A stretch of 63,993 bases of DNA, the filler included, from Craspedostauros australis (lineage: Eukaryota): the NCBI GenBank assembly GCA_030167865.1. It is 7 parts of 7 records of this genome, joined end to end, with 100 filler letters (N's around TTAATTAATTAA, not from the genome) between each part and the next. Parts side by side here need not be neighbours in the genome. Positions count along the whole stretch, not along the records: positions 6,777 to 27,645 come from JALAGF010006493.1; 6 more parts are not named here. One strand, 5' to 3'. The position numbers were made by a program, and so were the translations under genes. How positions within the stretch are numbered: position 1 is the stretch's first letter; every line of letters begins with the position of its first letter. The notes under the pieces are model-generated. The model made no database searches. It saw only the letters and a program-made list of their open reading frames with translations, and had not been told where the DNA came from. Shown here piece after piece: positions 12,566 through 25,000 of the stretch.

Positions 12566-13570
12566 GTTATCGTGAGTGCATCAACTGCGACCTGGAGGTC
12601 GTACGTCACTGCCGGGGCCTGCAATGTGCGGAACTGCAAGAAGGCATACCTGCCCGGAACCATTCTGGCCCCCTTCGCCAGCGTGTACTTCGGCATGCTA
12701 GGACAGATGGGCCGCATGATCGTGGGCAGCGACCTCACCTTCGCAGACCCGAACGTGGTCCTCGCCAACTACGCCTTCGAACCCTTCTTCTGTCCGCTGC
12801 CAGCACCGCCGACATTCCCAGTGCCAGAGGCGTGCATTGGCGGTCCACCGACTTCGGCACCAACGTCGCAGGAGACCTTCGTCTACACCTTCGTTGACAC
12901 CAACGAGCCCGACCCGACTTCCATGCCAACCTCTGGACCGACATCTGGACCGACATCCGCACCCACTTCCGCGCCGACATCTGCTCCAACATCTGGACCG
13001 ACTTCCGCACCAACTTCCGCGCCGACATCTGCTCCAACATCTGGACCAACTTCCGCACCAACATCCGCGCCAACATCTGGCAACGACGATGCGGTGAGAT
13101 TGGCAGCGATGCACGGCAAGACCATGTGGAACAAGACGCCGCTCAACCCTCCATTCCGAGTCCTTGCATCCAACGTTGACACCGTCGAGTTTCAGTTCTT
13201 CAGCTCCGCATGGGGTATGGATGAGGTCCTTCCCTTTGTGTACACTTCGTACAACAAGCCAGCATCCATGCCGGATCAAGAATGCGTGCTGGATGAGAAC
13301 GTCTCATCCGCCGATGTCATCACCCACACTGCGCAGTGCAACTCCGCAACCAACACGGCCATCGTGGATCTGTTCATTGTCGACGGTCCAAACTTCGACC
13401 CCGCCACCGATGATGCCAACATCCCGCGTTGCTGCCATGCGGATGCGGAGTCTGCTCACGACGGTGCCGCGGTCGTGCAGTACGTGTTCGTGATCGACTG
13501 CACTCCATCGGGAGCTGACGGCGCCGAAACTCCCAACCGCGTGCGTGGGTTGAGAGGAAGCAGTGCTTAA
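12566..13570 (+). CDS. 3' part of a secreted adhesion/cell-surface protein: end of a choice-of-anchor-A-like domain, PTSA/PTSG repeats and a Cys-containing diatom C-terminal domain (trailin-like); 5' part missing
   Basis: GTILAPFASV..G..GRMIVGSDL....NYAFEP resembles the CAA domain end. About 13 PTS(A/G) tetrapeptides follow, then a C-terminal TAQC..AIVDLFI..DDANIPRCC..YVFVIDC domain. The upstream sequence is AT-rich and non-coding-like. Confidence 0.7.
   Translation, partial: VIVSASTATWRSYVTAGACNVRNCKKAYLPGTILAPFASVYFGMLGQMGRMIVGSDLTFADPNVVLANYAFEPFFCPLPAPPTFPVPEACIGGPPTSAPTSQETFVYTFVDTNEPDPTSMPTSGPTSGPTSAPTSAPTSAPTSGPTSAPTSAPTSAPTSGPTSAPTSAPTSGNDDAVRLAAMHGKTMWNKTPLNPPFRVLASNVDTVEFQFFSSAWGMDEVLPFVYTSYNKPASMPDQECVLDENVSSADVITHTAQCNSATNTAIVDLFIVDGPNFDPATDDANIPRCCHADAESAHDGAAVVQYVFVIDCTPSGADGAETPNRVRGLRGSSA
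12921..13081 (+). repeat. 12-bp coding tandem repeat (PTSA/PTSG)
   Basis: Repeated CCGACATCTGGA / CCAACTTCCGCA units. Confidence 0.92.
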
Positions 13571-14497
13571 AGCGATGGCGCACGAGCAGAAAAGATGACT
13601 CTGTCGTCATCAAAGCTTCATGAGGAAAGACGCATCGTCGAGCGGAGCATGATGGCGATCACATCACCAACCACTCTAATAATAGCATACACCATACAAT
13701 AGAAAAAGGAAATGCAGTTATAACCAGCCACTAGATCTATGGAGCGCTCTCTGGAGAACATGATAACCTTCCTTGTCGGCTGTTGCAGTGACAGTGATGG
13801 AGAGGCATGCTGATGATCGTCCCTTGTGTGCCAGCGGCAGCGTCATCTCTTCACGCCGCGAGAACACTCTCTGCCTTTGCTACTTCTACTCGCAGCTCAA
13901 CCACGTACATGCAAAGAGTTCCTGGATGTGTGTTCACAATGCGTGGTTAGTAGTTATGAGAGTTAACGCTACTGGGGTGCTGTTGTTGCTGATAGTATTC
14001 GTGTCGCTGACGGCGCTTCGTCGTGTTGGTCGGAGGTGGAGGATCCACTGCGTCCTCTTTTCTTCCACCTCCGGCCAGACTGACCGCGACGATTCGGAGC
14101 GGCGGATGCAATTTGATGGCCTCGACGCGAACTCACTGCCGCGATGCCGCCAAACTGCTTCGGGCGCTCAGTTCTCTCCTTTCGTGCTGTGGCGATATGT
14201 ATTGCGTATTGTGCGTGCATAGACTGTGGTATGTCTTCATGCCCACGGAGCAGCGTCTTGCGCTGGCTGCCTCAAGGGGGCGCCTTGCGTTCTTGCTGTC
14301 GGCGGATGGATCGTGGCCTCTGTGTGGTGCTTCAGGTTCTCACCAGCGTCGTGTGCAGCCAGCCAAGTCGATGACGGCTGTCTGCACAAGAGGCGGTGCC
14401 TCGCAGCGCTTGTCGCGCCGCGGATTGTGCCAAGCGGTAATTCGTCGCTTGTTGGGTCGGGGTGGGTTGGTCTTGTGCGGATGTCACGTGGGGCAGC

Positions 14498-14828
14498 TTA
14501 CGGCGGAGGATTGTGACAATCCTCCGGGGTCTTGCGCAGCGCAACGAGCTTGGGGACGGCATCCACCTCCATCGTGTCAGTGTTGGGGTCGATCCCCATC
14601 GGATTGGGATCAACATCGTTGAGCGTGGGCGCTGCTTTGACGGCGCGCCTCTCGAAAATCCCTTTTTGAGCCAGCGGCACATCCATGTCGATGAACTCCA
14701 CCAAGTTGACACCAGCAGCATCGAACACAGGGAAGTTGTCATCAACAGCATCGAACACAGGGAAGTTGTCAGCTTGCTGTCTGGCGAAGACGGCTCGGCG
14801 AGCATGGAGTTGGGCTTCGTCGGTCATG
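14498..14828 (-). other. Possible short ORF or pseudogene of unknown function
   Basis: Coding-like stretch MTDEAQLHARR... with a 30-bp-period duplication (DNFPVFDA x2). Coding-like sequence continues past the stop. No family recognised. Confidence 0.25.
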
Positions 14829-15664
14829 GTGCAGGTGAGGAGGATGGTTTGTTGCGGTTGTTGGTTACACTGGGGGTGATGTCCGGCTGGATTGTGGTTC
14901 GATTTGGTTTTTGTGTAATTTCGTGTTTTTCCAAAATTCGTTCTCGTTGGTTCCACGACTGCGACAATGCGCGTTTCGAGAGGCGTGTGTGGCGGCGTTC
15001 ATCTGCGAATCCGCGACGACAACTATCGTTGTTTAGTGTTGAGACAAGTATTATTGTTGTAATTCTCGTATTGAAGGCCTACTACAGCACTTGCGTCACG
15101 ATTGATGTCAAGGAACAGAATCTCCAACGAGAGTTTCGTCAGACGAAGATTCGTCTTGAGGGTGATTGGTCCTCTTTCGTCACAACAAGTTCCACAGAAT
15201 CGCCGGAAGATACCTTATCGGTTGCTTCGGACAGAATTCTGCGGACGCGGAAGAGATGACAGATGACGAACACGGCACAACTGCTGGAAGAACACAAATG
15301 CTGACGACAGATGGACAGCGTGAAGGGCCCACGATAATGCCCCACCGTGTGTATCGGTATCACGATTGTGGGTCATTTTTCATCATCCTCCCTCCAAGCT
15401 GCGCGCCTTTGGATCCAACCGTTCATTCCTTCCTCCATCAGAGTTCGGTTTGCCACATCATGCCACATCACAACACCTCACGACGCACCTCTCATTGTGC
15501 CTCACTCATCTCCTTTCCACTCCATTGCATTGGCATTGCCCCTGTTGGTAGAGAGCGATGCAATTGTGGTGCATTGCTCACAAATCCGCCTCGGAAGTGA
15601 ATTCGCCAGAACACGATCGGCCATCACGCTGCTGCAACAATACTGCATAACAGCAGCCACAACA

Positions 15665-17215
15665 ATGCCACCATCCAACAAGACCATGCTGCAAACGCCG
15701 GTGTACGGGTCAGTGGCCGTGGACGGTGATGACAGCGACGATGACAGCATCCACCAGGTGGAGGCCTTGCGGGAGCAGCTGCTGGCCAAGACGCACGCCT
15801 TCAAGCAGCCCTTCAATCCTGACCAGGGCTACAAATCCACGGCCTTCGAGCTGACGGACACCTCGCGCCCTCACATGCGCGCCTTCCACGCCAGTTGGGT
15901 GTGCTTCCTGCTCAGCTGGTTCGTCTGGTTCTCCATGTCCCCCATCCTCACGCACATCCAGGAATCCACCTTCAACAGCGACGGGACGCCCATCACGATA
16001 CAGCAGATCGGGACCACCAACATGTGGAGTATGGTGGGCACCATCGTCCTGCGCATCATCCTCGGGCCGCTCTGCGATCAGTTCGGTGCTCGCGACATCC
16101 TCACGAAGCTGCTGCAGATCTGTGCGCTTGGCCTCGGTCTTTCGGGTCTGCTCATCCACGAGTACTACTCACTCCTCTTCGTGAGGTTCTGGATCGGTTG
16201 CGTGGGTGGCACCCTCGTTCCCGCGCAATACTGGGTCACGTGTCACTTCGTCCGCTCCGTCTGCGGTCGGGCCACCGCCCTGGCCACGGGCTGGGGCGCC
16301 ATGGGAGGTGGGTTGGCGCAGGTCGTCATGGGCACCTTCGTCTACCCCTTCGTGCTCAACCACCTGGCCGACGGCGATGCCAACCTCGCGTGGAGGATCT
16401 CCCTCATCGTGCCCGCCCTCATCGCCATCGTTGTGGCCTGGTGGTTCCGCAACAATTCCGACGACTGTCCGCTGGGCAACTTCAAGGAGGCCCAGCAGGT
16501 AGGCCTCATGGCGGAGCGATCTGCCGTGGCATCCTTCCGATCCGGCGTCCTCCACATCAACGCCTGGATCCTGTGCGTCCAATTCGCGTCGGGACTTGGC
16601 ATCGAGCTCACCATGAACTCCTGCGCAACGGTCCATCTGGTGCACCGCTTCGGTCTCACGGTGTCCACGGCCGCCGCCTACGCATCTCTCTTCGGTCTCA
16701 TGAACATCTTCTCGCGCGGGTTGGGCGGATACCTGTCCGACAAGGCCCAGCAGTACTTCAATCTGCGAGGCCGTCTGGCGGTGCACATGTCCTTCATGCT
16801 GCTGGAGGGATTGCTCATCCTCGTCTTCATCCGCTGCGAGAGCCTCACGATCACGCTGACGGTCATGATGGCCTTCGCCATCTTCGGTCAGATGGGCATG
16901 GGCACCTGCTTCGCGCTCGTCCCCTACGTGCACCCGCCTTCCACGGGCACCATCGCGGGCATCGTCGGTGCCGGCGGCAATCTTGGGGCCGTCTACTTCC
17001 TCAGCGTCATGCGCAACCAGCCGGGGCCAGGCGTCGATGAATTCCCCGCCTTCGTCGTCATGGCCGTCTTCACAGTCGTCGCGGCGTTGCTGACTCCGCT
17101 CGTTGTCATCAAGGGACACAGAGGTCTGATCTTTGGAAGTGACGAATCCTCCGAGAGTTCCGAGCAGAAATCCTTGACGGCTGCGGCTGTCACGACCACC
17201 GGCGTCAACGTGTAG
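15665..17215 (+). CDS. NRT2: High-affinity nitrate transporter, NRT2/NNP family (MFS), 516 aa, intronless
   Basis: Motifs RPHMRAFH.SW, GT..LR..LGPLCD.FG.R, QYW, FGLMNIFSRGLGG, LRGRL and GIVGAGGNLG; about 12 hydrophobic segments. Confidence 0.93.
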   Translation: MPPSNKTMLQTPVYGSVAVDGDDSDDDSIHQVEALREQLLAKTHAFKQPFNPDQGYKSTAFELTDTSRPHMRAFHASWVCFLLSWFVWFSMSPILTHIQESTFNSDGTPITIQQIGTTNMWSMVGTIVLRIILGPLCDQFGARDILTKLLQICALGLGLSGLLIHEYYSLLFVRFWIGCVGGTLVPAQYWVTCHFVRSVCGRATALATGWGAMGGGLAQVVMGTFVYPFVLNHLADGDANLAWRISLIVPALIAIVVAWWFRNNSDDCPLGNFKEAQQVGLMAERSAVASFRSGVLHINAWILCVQFASGLGIELTMNSCATVHLVHRFGLTVSTAAAYASLFGLMNIFSRGLGGYLSDKAQQYFNLRGRLAVHMSFMLLEGLLILVFIRCESLTITLTVMMAFAIFGQMGMGTCFALVPYVHPPSTGTIAGIVGAGGNLGAVYFLSVMRNQPGPGVDEFPAFVVMAVFTVVAALLTPLVVIKGHRGLIFGSDESSESSEQKSLTAAAVTTTGVNV

Positions 17216-17514
17216 AGCGCCTGTACCCTCTGGTACTCTACAACAATTCAGTGCAAGCAACACCAAGCAAACGACGCAGGGCGAAAAGAGAAATGACAAC
17301 GACGAATGGTGTTGCGATTGTATGGTATGGTAATCGGATGCGACAGCGTATCCGAATAAAAGTATAATACAATAATAGGATTTTGATTGAAAGTTTAAAC
17401 CTAATTCATGATGCGTGGTACGTACATGCGCGATGTTGACGGTGCCTCAGACTGCTTCCATCCTTTCACAAGCATGCGTTCCTCTAGAGACACACACACA
17501 CGCACATACACAGA

Positions 17515-18351
17515 TTATTCATCCTTCTTGGATGTAAAACGTTGAGCCCACGTCCCGATGGCATTGAGAATGCGATACTGCCACGACAACCGATACGGCC
17601 TACCTTCGGGAAATGGCAGACCCTGCCCGACACCGTAGAACAGACCAAACAATCCACCCAGACCGCCAGTGTTGCCTTGACGACGATCCACCGAGTACCC
17701 GACCGTCAGCTCCTTCACCTTGCCCTCCTCGTTGAACTTCATGGAAAACACCTGCGGCGGCAACTCGGCGACCCGATTGTTGGGCGCGCGACCGAACAGA
17801 CCGCCCGTGTTCGTGCCCACCAACCGCACGAAGAACCACACGCGGCCCGGTTCCAACGGGTCCACGGTGAAGCCGAAGTACCGATTGTCAAAGTCGGGAA
17901 AGGCCTTGTAGACATCGAATGAACCGGCGGCCGTCAGGAATTCCTCCTTGCCCAGCGGTCCCACGATGGGGGCGCAGAATTCGAAGTCGTCCGCCCACAG
18001 GGTGGGTTCGAGGACGCCCGTGTCCTTCTTCAGGACGTACTTGGCCTTGCGGATGAGTTCGTCGGGGCCAATGGGGAACTTCTGGCGTTGGATCATGGCC
18101 TTCTCATCGAGGATTGTGCCGCCGCGTTCGCATGATTCGCCCACGAGATCGACGATGGGGCTTTTGCAGGTGGCATCGTCTGCATTGGAAGATTTGGCAG
18201 ATTCGGACATGGTCTTGCTGCTGGATAATTGAGGTGATTGAGACGATTGGGATGATGACACTGCAAATGCGACACTGCTGGTGACCACGGCGATCAGAGA
18301 GACTCCGAGAAGGTATAGCTTTCCGTTGCTGCTGGCGCTGGTTCGAAACAT
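17515..18351 (-). CDS. Conserved algal hypothetical protein, SnoaL/NTF2-like fold, with an N-terminal hydrophobic targeting segment (278 aa)
   Basis: Motifs ADDFEFCAPIVGPLGKEEFL, F.VDPLEPGRVWF..R..GT.TG and GY.VDR..GNTGGLGG.FG; ATG to TAA open with GC3 bias. Confidence 0.75.
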   Translation of the reverse strand: MFRTSASSNGKLYLLGVSLIAVVTSSVAFAVSSSQSSQSPQLSSSKTMSESAKSSNADDATCKSPIVDLVGESCERGGTILDEKAMIQRQKFPIGPDELIRKAKYVLKKDTGVLEPTLWADDFEFCAPIVGPLGKEEFLTAAGSFDVYKAFPDFDNRYFGFTVDPLEPGRVWFFVRLVGTNTGGLFGRAPNNRVAELPPQVFSMKFNEEGKVKELTVGYSVDRRQGNTGGLGGLFGLFYGVGQGLPFPEGRPYRLSWQYRILNAIGTWAQRFTSKKDE

Positions 18352-19037
18352 ATCAACACTCTGTTATGGTGTAGTGGTACGATTAGTCTGTTCTACGAGT
18401 GTTGTTGATGCTGCGAGGTGATTTCTGTCGATGCCCTCTCAGTACGCTCCTCGTGCCTCTGTTGTTGTGGGTTGCATAGTCGTACAACACAGACGTAGTC
18501 GTATTTCTCTCCGACGGTGCATCGCGCCATCTCACTATTGGTACCAATAGGTCGTACTCTGCATCGCACGAACATCCAAGTCATCGCTGGTCCTCGCAAT
18601 CTTCGCCGCGATGATCGGCATCATCGTCACCATCTCCATTTCGTTTTTCGGAACGATGATGTGCCGAATCATCGTCAGCATGATGACTCATTCATCACGT
18701 CGGACAAAAAAGATACCTTTCCAAGAAACGGACACCTTCTCATCATGGACACTTGAGTCTAAATGTATGAAGATAGATATACACTGTACCAACATACTCG
18801 TACGTGTACGTGTACGTGTACGTGCGCAAGCACACTCGACGGTGCATCAGAGAATAAAGGCCAAAGATCTTGCCAGTGTCTCGTATCATAGCTCGTACTT
18901 GTATACTAACACATCCCTTCACTGTGCTCTATGATACTCAAGAGTAGTACATGGATATATTTTATGCAATGCCATCCATGCACGCAATCTACTCTACCAC
19001 TCTCTCTCTCTCTCTCTCTCGCCCGCTCGCTCGCTTT

Positions 19038-22000
19038 CTAGAGCAAAAAGAAGTAATGCTTCCTCACCCAGCGGAGGACGATGAAGCACATGATGAACAT
19101 CGGCATCACGAGAGAGTTCACGATGTCGGCGTTGATCAACCTGTGGGAAAGGCCGACGGCGAGGATGTGGAGGTCTCCCACCAACCTCGCCACGATGCAG
19201 AGGAAGGTCATGACCGTGCCGATGCTCGTCATTGCGCCCTTGACATGCGTCGACGGCGGGCTCGACTTTGACAGTAACGATCGCGCCGTGATTTCGGACG
19301 AGACGATGGCAATGAATGTGATGATGCAGCCGATCACGTACTGCATGTGGCCCAGCAGCCAGTCGTAGTGATGCTGCCGCTCGTCTTTCGCGACGGTGAA
19401 CAGAGCTCGCACGTTGATGGTAAGCGCAAACAATGAGCCCCAGTTGATCATGACGAGGAAACCAATGATGACGAAGAGCAAGGAGCGCTGGAATTGAATT
19501 TGGATGGCGGCGAAGCACGCATGTATGCATGATGCGGGTGTTTTGTTTGATGAAGAGAATGGCACGAAGAAGGAAATAAAGAAGGACATGAGGATGGCAT
19601 GTGAGCACAGTGGGACATGATTGCGATACAAACAAAAAGATGACCATCATTGCAGCCAATTTGTGAAGGAACGCCACCTCACTCCACCCCCGCAGCCTTC
19701 TCTCCCCCAGCACATATTGCCACCAGTAATCCCAACTGCAACCGCAACCGCAAACACAAACACCAAGCCAATAGAACTCACCTTCAAGATGGTCCGTTCC
19801 TCGCGCCTTTGCGATATCCTTTGCCCGACCAGTTCGGTTGGCAAGATGAGGAGGAACAGGATTGCCAAGTAGCAGCCCGCGAGGTAACCTGGCCAGGCGA
19901 AATACCGGTTGGTGATCAGCGCGCAGGAGGTGAACAACACCTCCTGACAGTAGGAGGCGTAGAAGATGATGCCAGCTGACACAGAAACGGCCATGTTGCA
20001 TTTCAGGATCTTGATCATGCGACTGAGCGTCGTCTTCAACCGCCGCGATTTCTTTCGATCGGGATTGGAAAGATCCGAGTTCTTGGCACGATTGCGTTGC
20101 TTCTTCTGCATTCGCTGGCGCCGTCGTGATGCCAGCGACCTTTGATCGGCTTCCGACGCTCCTTGCATCCTGGATTGCGATGTGATGGATGGGTCATTCA
20201 CGGTGCTTAACAGCGAGGCTCGTTCGGAACTTTCGTCACTATCATCGTTGAGCTGTTCATCATCATCGTCTTCATCATCTATCATGGAGCCTTGGAGATT
20301 GGTGGAACTACGCGAAGGTCTCATCGAGATAGGTGAGTCCATCCCGCTACCTCTGGACATTCCCATTCCATCGCCCTGATCCAAAAGCAGGGTGCTGTCG
20401 TGTGCGGGCGATTGGCGATGCAGCAAGCTGGCATGGTCAGGGGTGGAGTCTGAGCCCGACGACATCACCGAGCTGCCATCATTGTCGCCACCATCGTCTT
20501 CTTCGTTGTGGTTGGATTTGCTGCTTTCGCCATTGTCAACGTCGTTCTCGACATCGAACCGATCCACAACGAACACGCGATCTGCATTCTCGCCGCTGGC
20601 TGTGTCCGACCTTCCAGACTTGCTATCCAGCTTGCGATCGCTGTCGCCTTGCGCACGGAATGATTGGATGGATCTGGCCTGACCGATGGTCGGCGTCGCA
20701 GCTGCCTGTACGTTCCTCTCGCTAACTTTGCCGTTCGCACGAGACTTGCTGCCGTGGCCACGTGGTCTGAAGTACACCAGCAAACGGAAGAAATGGATGA
20801 ACCATGTCATGGCGAGCACGCAAGACACAGCATTGAATTGGAATCGGATGTATCCAGCCAGATCAATCCGTGCCGGGACCAGCCCATCATCCAACGAACC
20901 GAGCAGCAGGCCAAAGACTGCACCGACCAAGCGGCTGTGCACCAACCCCGCGGACTCGCCCACAAGAAGGCTGGGCGGCACGAACTTGATCGCGAACTGC
21001 CGGTGCACGACCTCGCAGGATCCCAACCCAATCAACAATCTACCGCCGATAATGTACAGAGCGCCTTGGGAGGCAACACCGTAGGCATACAGAGAGTTTC
21101 CGATGACGCACATGCCAGCGCCAAACAGCAGCAGCGCGCGAAATGGTTCGACGACGTTGTCTGTCAGCTGATCATTGTGCTTGGTATGGGCGTGTGTATG
21201 GGCATGTCGTTTCTTCTTCGCACGCGAGCGGGTGTTGGAGTGAGAATCGATCACGGAGCTTTGCATGATGGCACTGATGAGGGCTGCGAAGCTGGCGGAT
21301 CCAATTATCACTGCCGATAATGCTTCTGGAAGTTGCATTCGCCGTACCAGTCCATTCGCAGACGCATGCATTGCATAGTAGTTCGCCTGCAGTGGCATGC
21401 GGAGCAAGAGAAAGAACAAGAGAGGGAGAGAGAGGGAGGGAAAGTAACAATTGGGTCAGGAGGTGGAATGTCGCACCACCGCCACTACCACTACCACTAC
21501 CACCATCATCATTGTCCCACTTCGATCACCTGCAAGACGCATCGTACTCGTAGTATCAAGCCATGTGAGAGATATTTCAACGCGCATCCACTTTTCCAAC
21601 CACACACTTCCCAACTTCGCAGGCATCGTCGACATCGTCACGACCATGTCGCTGCAGGATGCTTACCGAGAACAAGAAATAAGTGAATCGATTGAGACGA
21701 AACCAAACCGGCGATGCGGCCTCTGGCGACAGCCGATACGTGTTCGTGGTCGTTGTTTCGATGGGCGCCATCGCTTCCAACAATGCCACAAGATCAACTC
21801 CGGCTGAACCCAGACCAGTCATGTAGCCGTACCCATACCCGTATCCATGAGTGTTCTTACTTTGTGCCAAGCCTCGCGCCTTGATTTTGGGTCTGGGTTT
21901 AGAGAATGCATGTGAGTGCTGCGTGACGGATTGAGAGCTGTACCCGCACTTGGGCAAAATGCTGAGGCTGTCGACATCGGCATCGATGCCCTCCAACCGC

Positions 22001-25000
22001 GCGTGCTGCGTGTAGGTATAGGCATCGAGATCGTCACGCGTATTGAGTGCGCTCATTGGACGTCGGCTACCGCCTCGTCCCTTCCCATGCTTCGTGAGGA
22101 CCGCGTCCATGGTACTCGTGTCTGCACCCACCGAAAGGGCCGAGCGCATCATGGCCACGATGCTGGCCTCCTTCGTCCAACGGCTGACCCTCAGACTGCT
22201 GTAAAGAGTGTCCGCCTCCAGCAATAGCGCAGCATCTGGATTGTAGGCTACGACAAACTCCAGAGCCTCCCGCGAACACCCATCCAACCCTTCGCCAGCA
22301 ATGCTCCTGCCGGTGTAGGAGACCAACGAACGAGAAACGAAGGCGCCGTAGGAATCTACCTTGTGCCGCGCCGCCTCACGCAGGGCCGCGATCGAAAGCA
22401 CTGTGAATCGCAATCGAGTGATCGGAGCATTCGATGCAGTGGAAGGTGCGTAGCTGGAATCGCCGCAATCTGAATCTGAATGACGATCTGGATCGCTGTC
22501 CACGTCCGCATCGATGCCATTCATCTCGTACTCGTCGCCGTGTGCGTGGGAGAATGCTCCGTACGTGGCAGCATCAGCGTTGTAACCGTAATGGTTGTTG
22601 GCATTGGCGCTGTTGACATTCATATTGCTGCCACCACCATGCTGCTGGTACGATTGGTTGTAGCCCGCTGTGTGGTTCCCCATATCGGCGCTCCTCGCAC
22701 TTGGGCGATGGCTCCGAAAAGCCGAGGGATACCGGGCCGGCATGTGCATATCGGCAGCTGCATTGCGTCCTGAGACGGGATTGAGCTGCGCCATGGCGTC
22801 CGCACGGATCATGGAGACCTCGTACTCGGACAGCGCCATGGACACGCAGGAGAACACGACTTCGACTGTTCTGGAATTGGCCAGATCCTGCAGCTTCTTG
22901 TCGTACACGCCCGCCAGCTTGTAGTGGCTGCGACGTCGCAGTTCGCGATCGTACACCGCGTTGAAGCCCGCTTCACCAATTCCATCGATCGCCCTCGAGA
23001 CCAACCCTCCCAGCGTCTTGTCCTCCTGCGGGCCTTCTTTGAATGCCAGCTTGCGGTAGTAGTACCCTCCGAGCATGCGGTTGGCCAACAGCTGGTCATG
23101 CTTCCTGCAGATCTTGCGCACCGCCATCAGATTGATGCAGATGTAGCGAAGGATGTGCAGCAGCTCGACACCGACGGCGGTGAAGCTATCTGCCTCGTCG
23201 ACGGCGCTGATGAGCAGCAGATCCTCCCCCGTGATGTGGTCATGGCGCTGGAATATGGGACGGTTCCGCCGCAGCTCCGCAAAGTACTCGATCTGCTTGC
23301 GCGTGGTCTCGAAGGTTTCATTTTCCAAATCGTAGGATGGGTTGTGCTGTATGGGGTGCTGCCGACGTGATTGCCTGCCTGTGGCGTTGTACTTGCTGCT
23401 GGACCTGCTCTCCTGCTTCTCGAACGGCCTTGACTGGCTGCGGACCCGCTTCATGGTGCGGCCGTGACCACGCGCGCCGCGTGACGAGGCTGGCCGTGCT
23501 GGCATGGGAGGGCGGCCGCTGGAGACGCTTCCCTTCCCGTCCTCCGATGACGAATCCGTCCACGAGAAATGGCCGTTGCCAATGCCATCCTCATCCATCG
23601 ACGACGATCCTGATCCATGGATGCGGACCCCGGTGTTGGAGAACTGGTAGTCGTCGTACCGATGCGTCGACTCGTTTTCATGCAAGTTGGAAGACGTCTT
23701 GTTGTCGTCGTAGGAGAGATATCGCAGACTTCCGGCCGTGTCCGCCAGCTCCCCGAGACGCGCTTGCGTGAAGAGGATGACCTTCTCGACTTCCGCCTTG
23801 AGCAGACCGAGAAAGCGCTCCGTGATCCCCCGTGCTCTGGAATGCGCGTTGCGGATGTAGTTGGGCACCCTCCGCTTCTTGTCCTTCCTCTTGCGTTTGG
23901 TGCGTGGGGACTTGCGATTCTTCCTGCGCTTGTGTCGCCGGTGCCGAGACGCCTTCCTGGGTCCACGGCGCACGTTGGGCTGCGGTTGATCGCTGGAGTG
24001 GCTGGACGCGGCATGCGCGAGCTGATCAACGTGGGGATGAAAATCCTCCGCGATCGCGTTGTGCGAAGCGTAGGCGTAATTCATGTCATGTGGATGTTCC
24101 TCCACGAAACGATCGTAGATGGGCACGTTGGCCCCGAACGTTGAGAATCCGTGATTCCTGTTGGCATCGGACGCCGCAGTGGAGGATTGGTCCATGCCGT
24201 CGTTGTGGCTCGCCATATCCGTATCGTCGTTCGCATCGAGTTGCGTCGCCACGAATGCGCCCTGAGACAAGCCTCGATCCATGAGCGCTGTGTGGGCCAG
24301 AGATGAGTAGAATTGCGTATTTGGACTTGGCGTTTCCGCGGTCGGAGTGGCATCGCTGACATCGTGGCCGACGCCATGATCGATGGTATGCAGCACGTTG
24401 CCATCGACGGTGGCTGCGTTGCCGTCAAGGGGGACGCCAGTGCCATCATCGCCGTGATCTTCTTCTTCATCGTCATGAAAGAGGTACTGCTGTTGATCGC
24501 TGTTGGTGCTGTCGGCGCGTATCAAGGGACTGTTTTCCGTGTGCACGTTGGAGATGCTGGAGCCGTAGAGCAGGGACGACGCGGATGGAATGGACCAGAT
24601 GGTGCTCGGGTTTCGGTTGTGGGCATCCTGATTGACGCCGGCGCTGTCGCCGGGACTGTTGGCGTCGCCTTGTTTGTTGTAGACCATCTCCTGCGCAAAA
24701 CTGCCGTAGCCAAATTCGCTGTCATCCAAGTAATGCGACCCCGTCTCCGCCCTGTCGGCATCGTCGAGACCAGGCCGATTCAGGATGAATCCCGTGGAGG
24801 TCGTGGTGGCACCACCTCCGGGTGCGAGTCCGGATCCCACGTTGGCGGCCGACGACACGGAGCTCCGATTGTACCTCTTCTGCGAGTTCCGGCTGCGCTT
24901 CCTGCGGGCCTTGGGCTTGCCTGACCACCAGGGGCTGCAGGTGCTGCTGGCCCTGGCCGCGTTCAAGGAATCGTCGCTGGATGAGGAGCCCACGTCGTGC

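Noticed and set aside
16169..17299. Long antisense and alternate-frame ORFs over NRT2, SPX-MFS, LINE and transposase genes
   Set aside because: Shadow ORFs expected from high GC3; no recognisable motifs.
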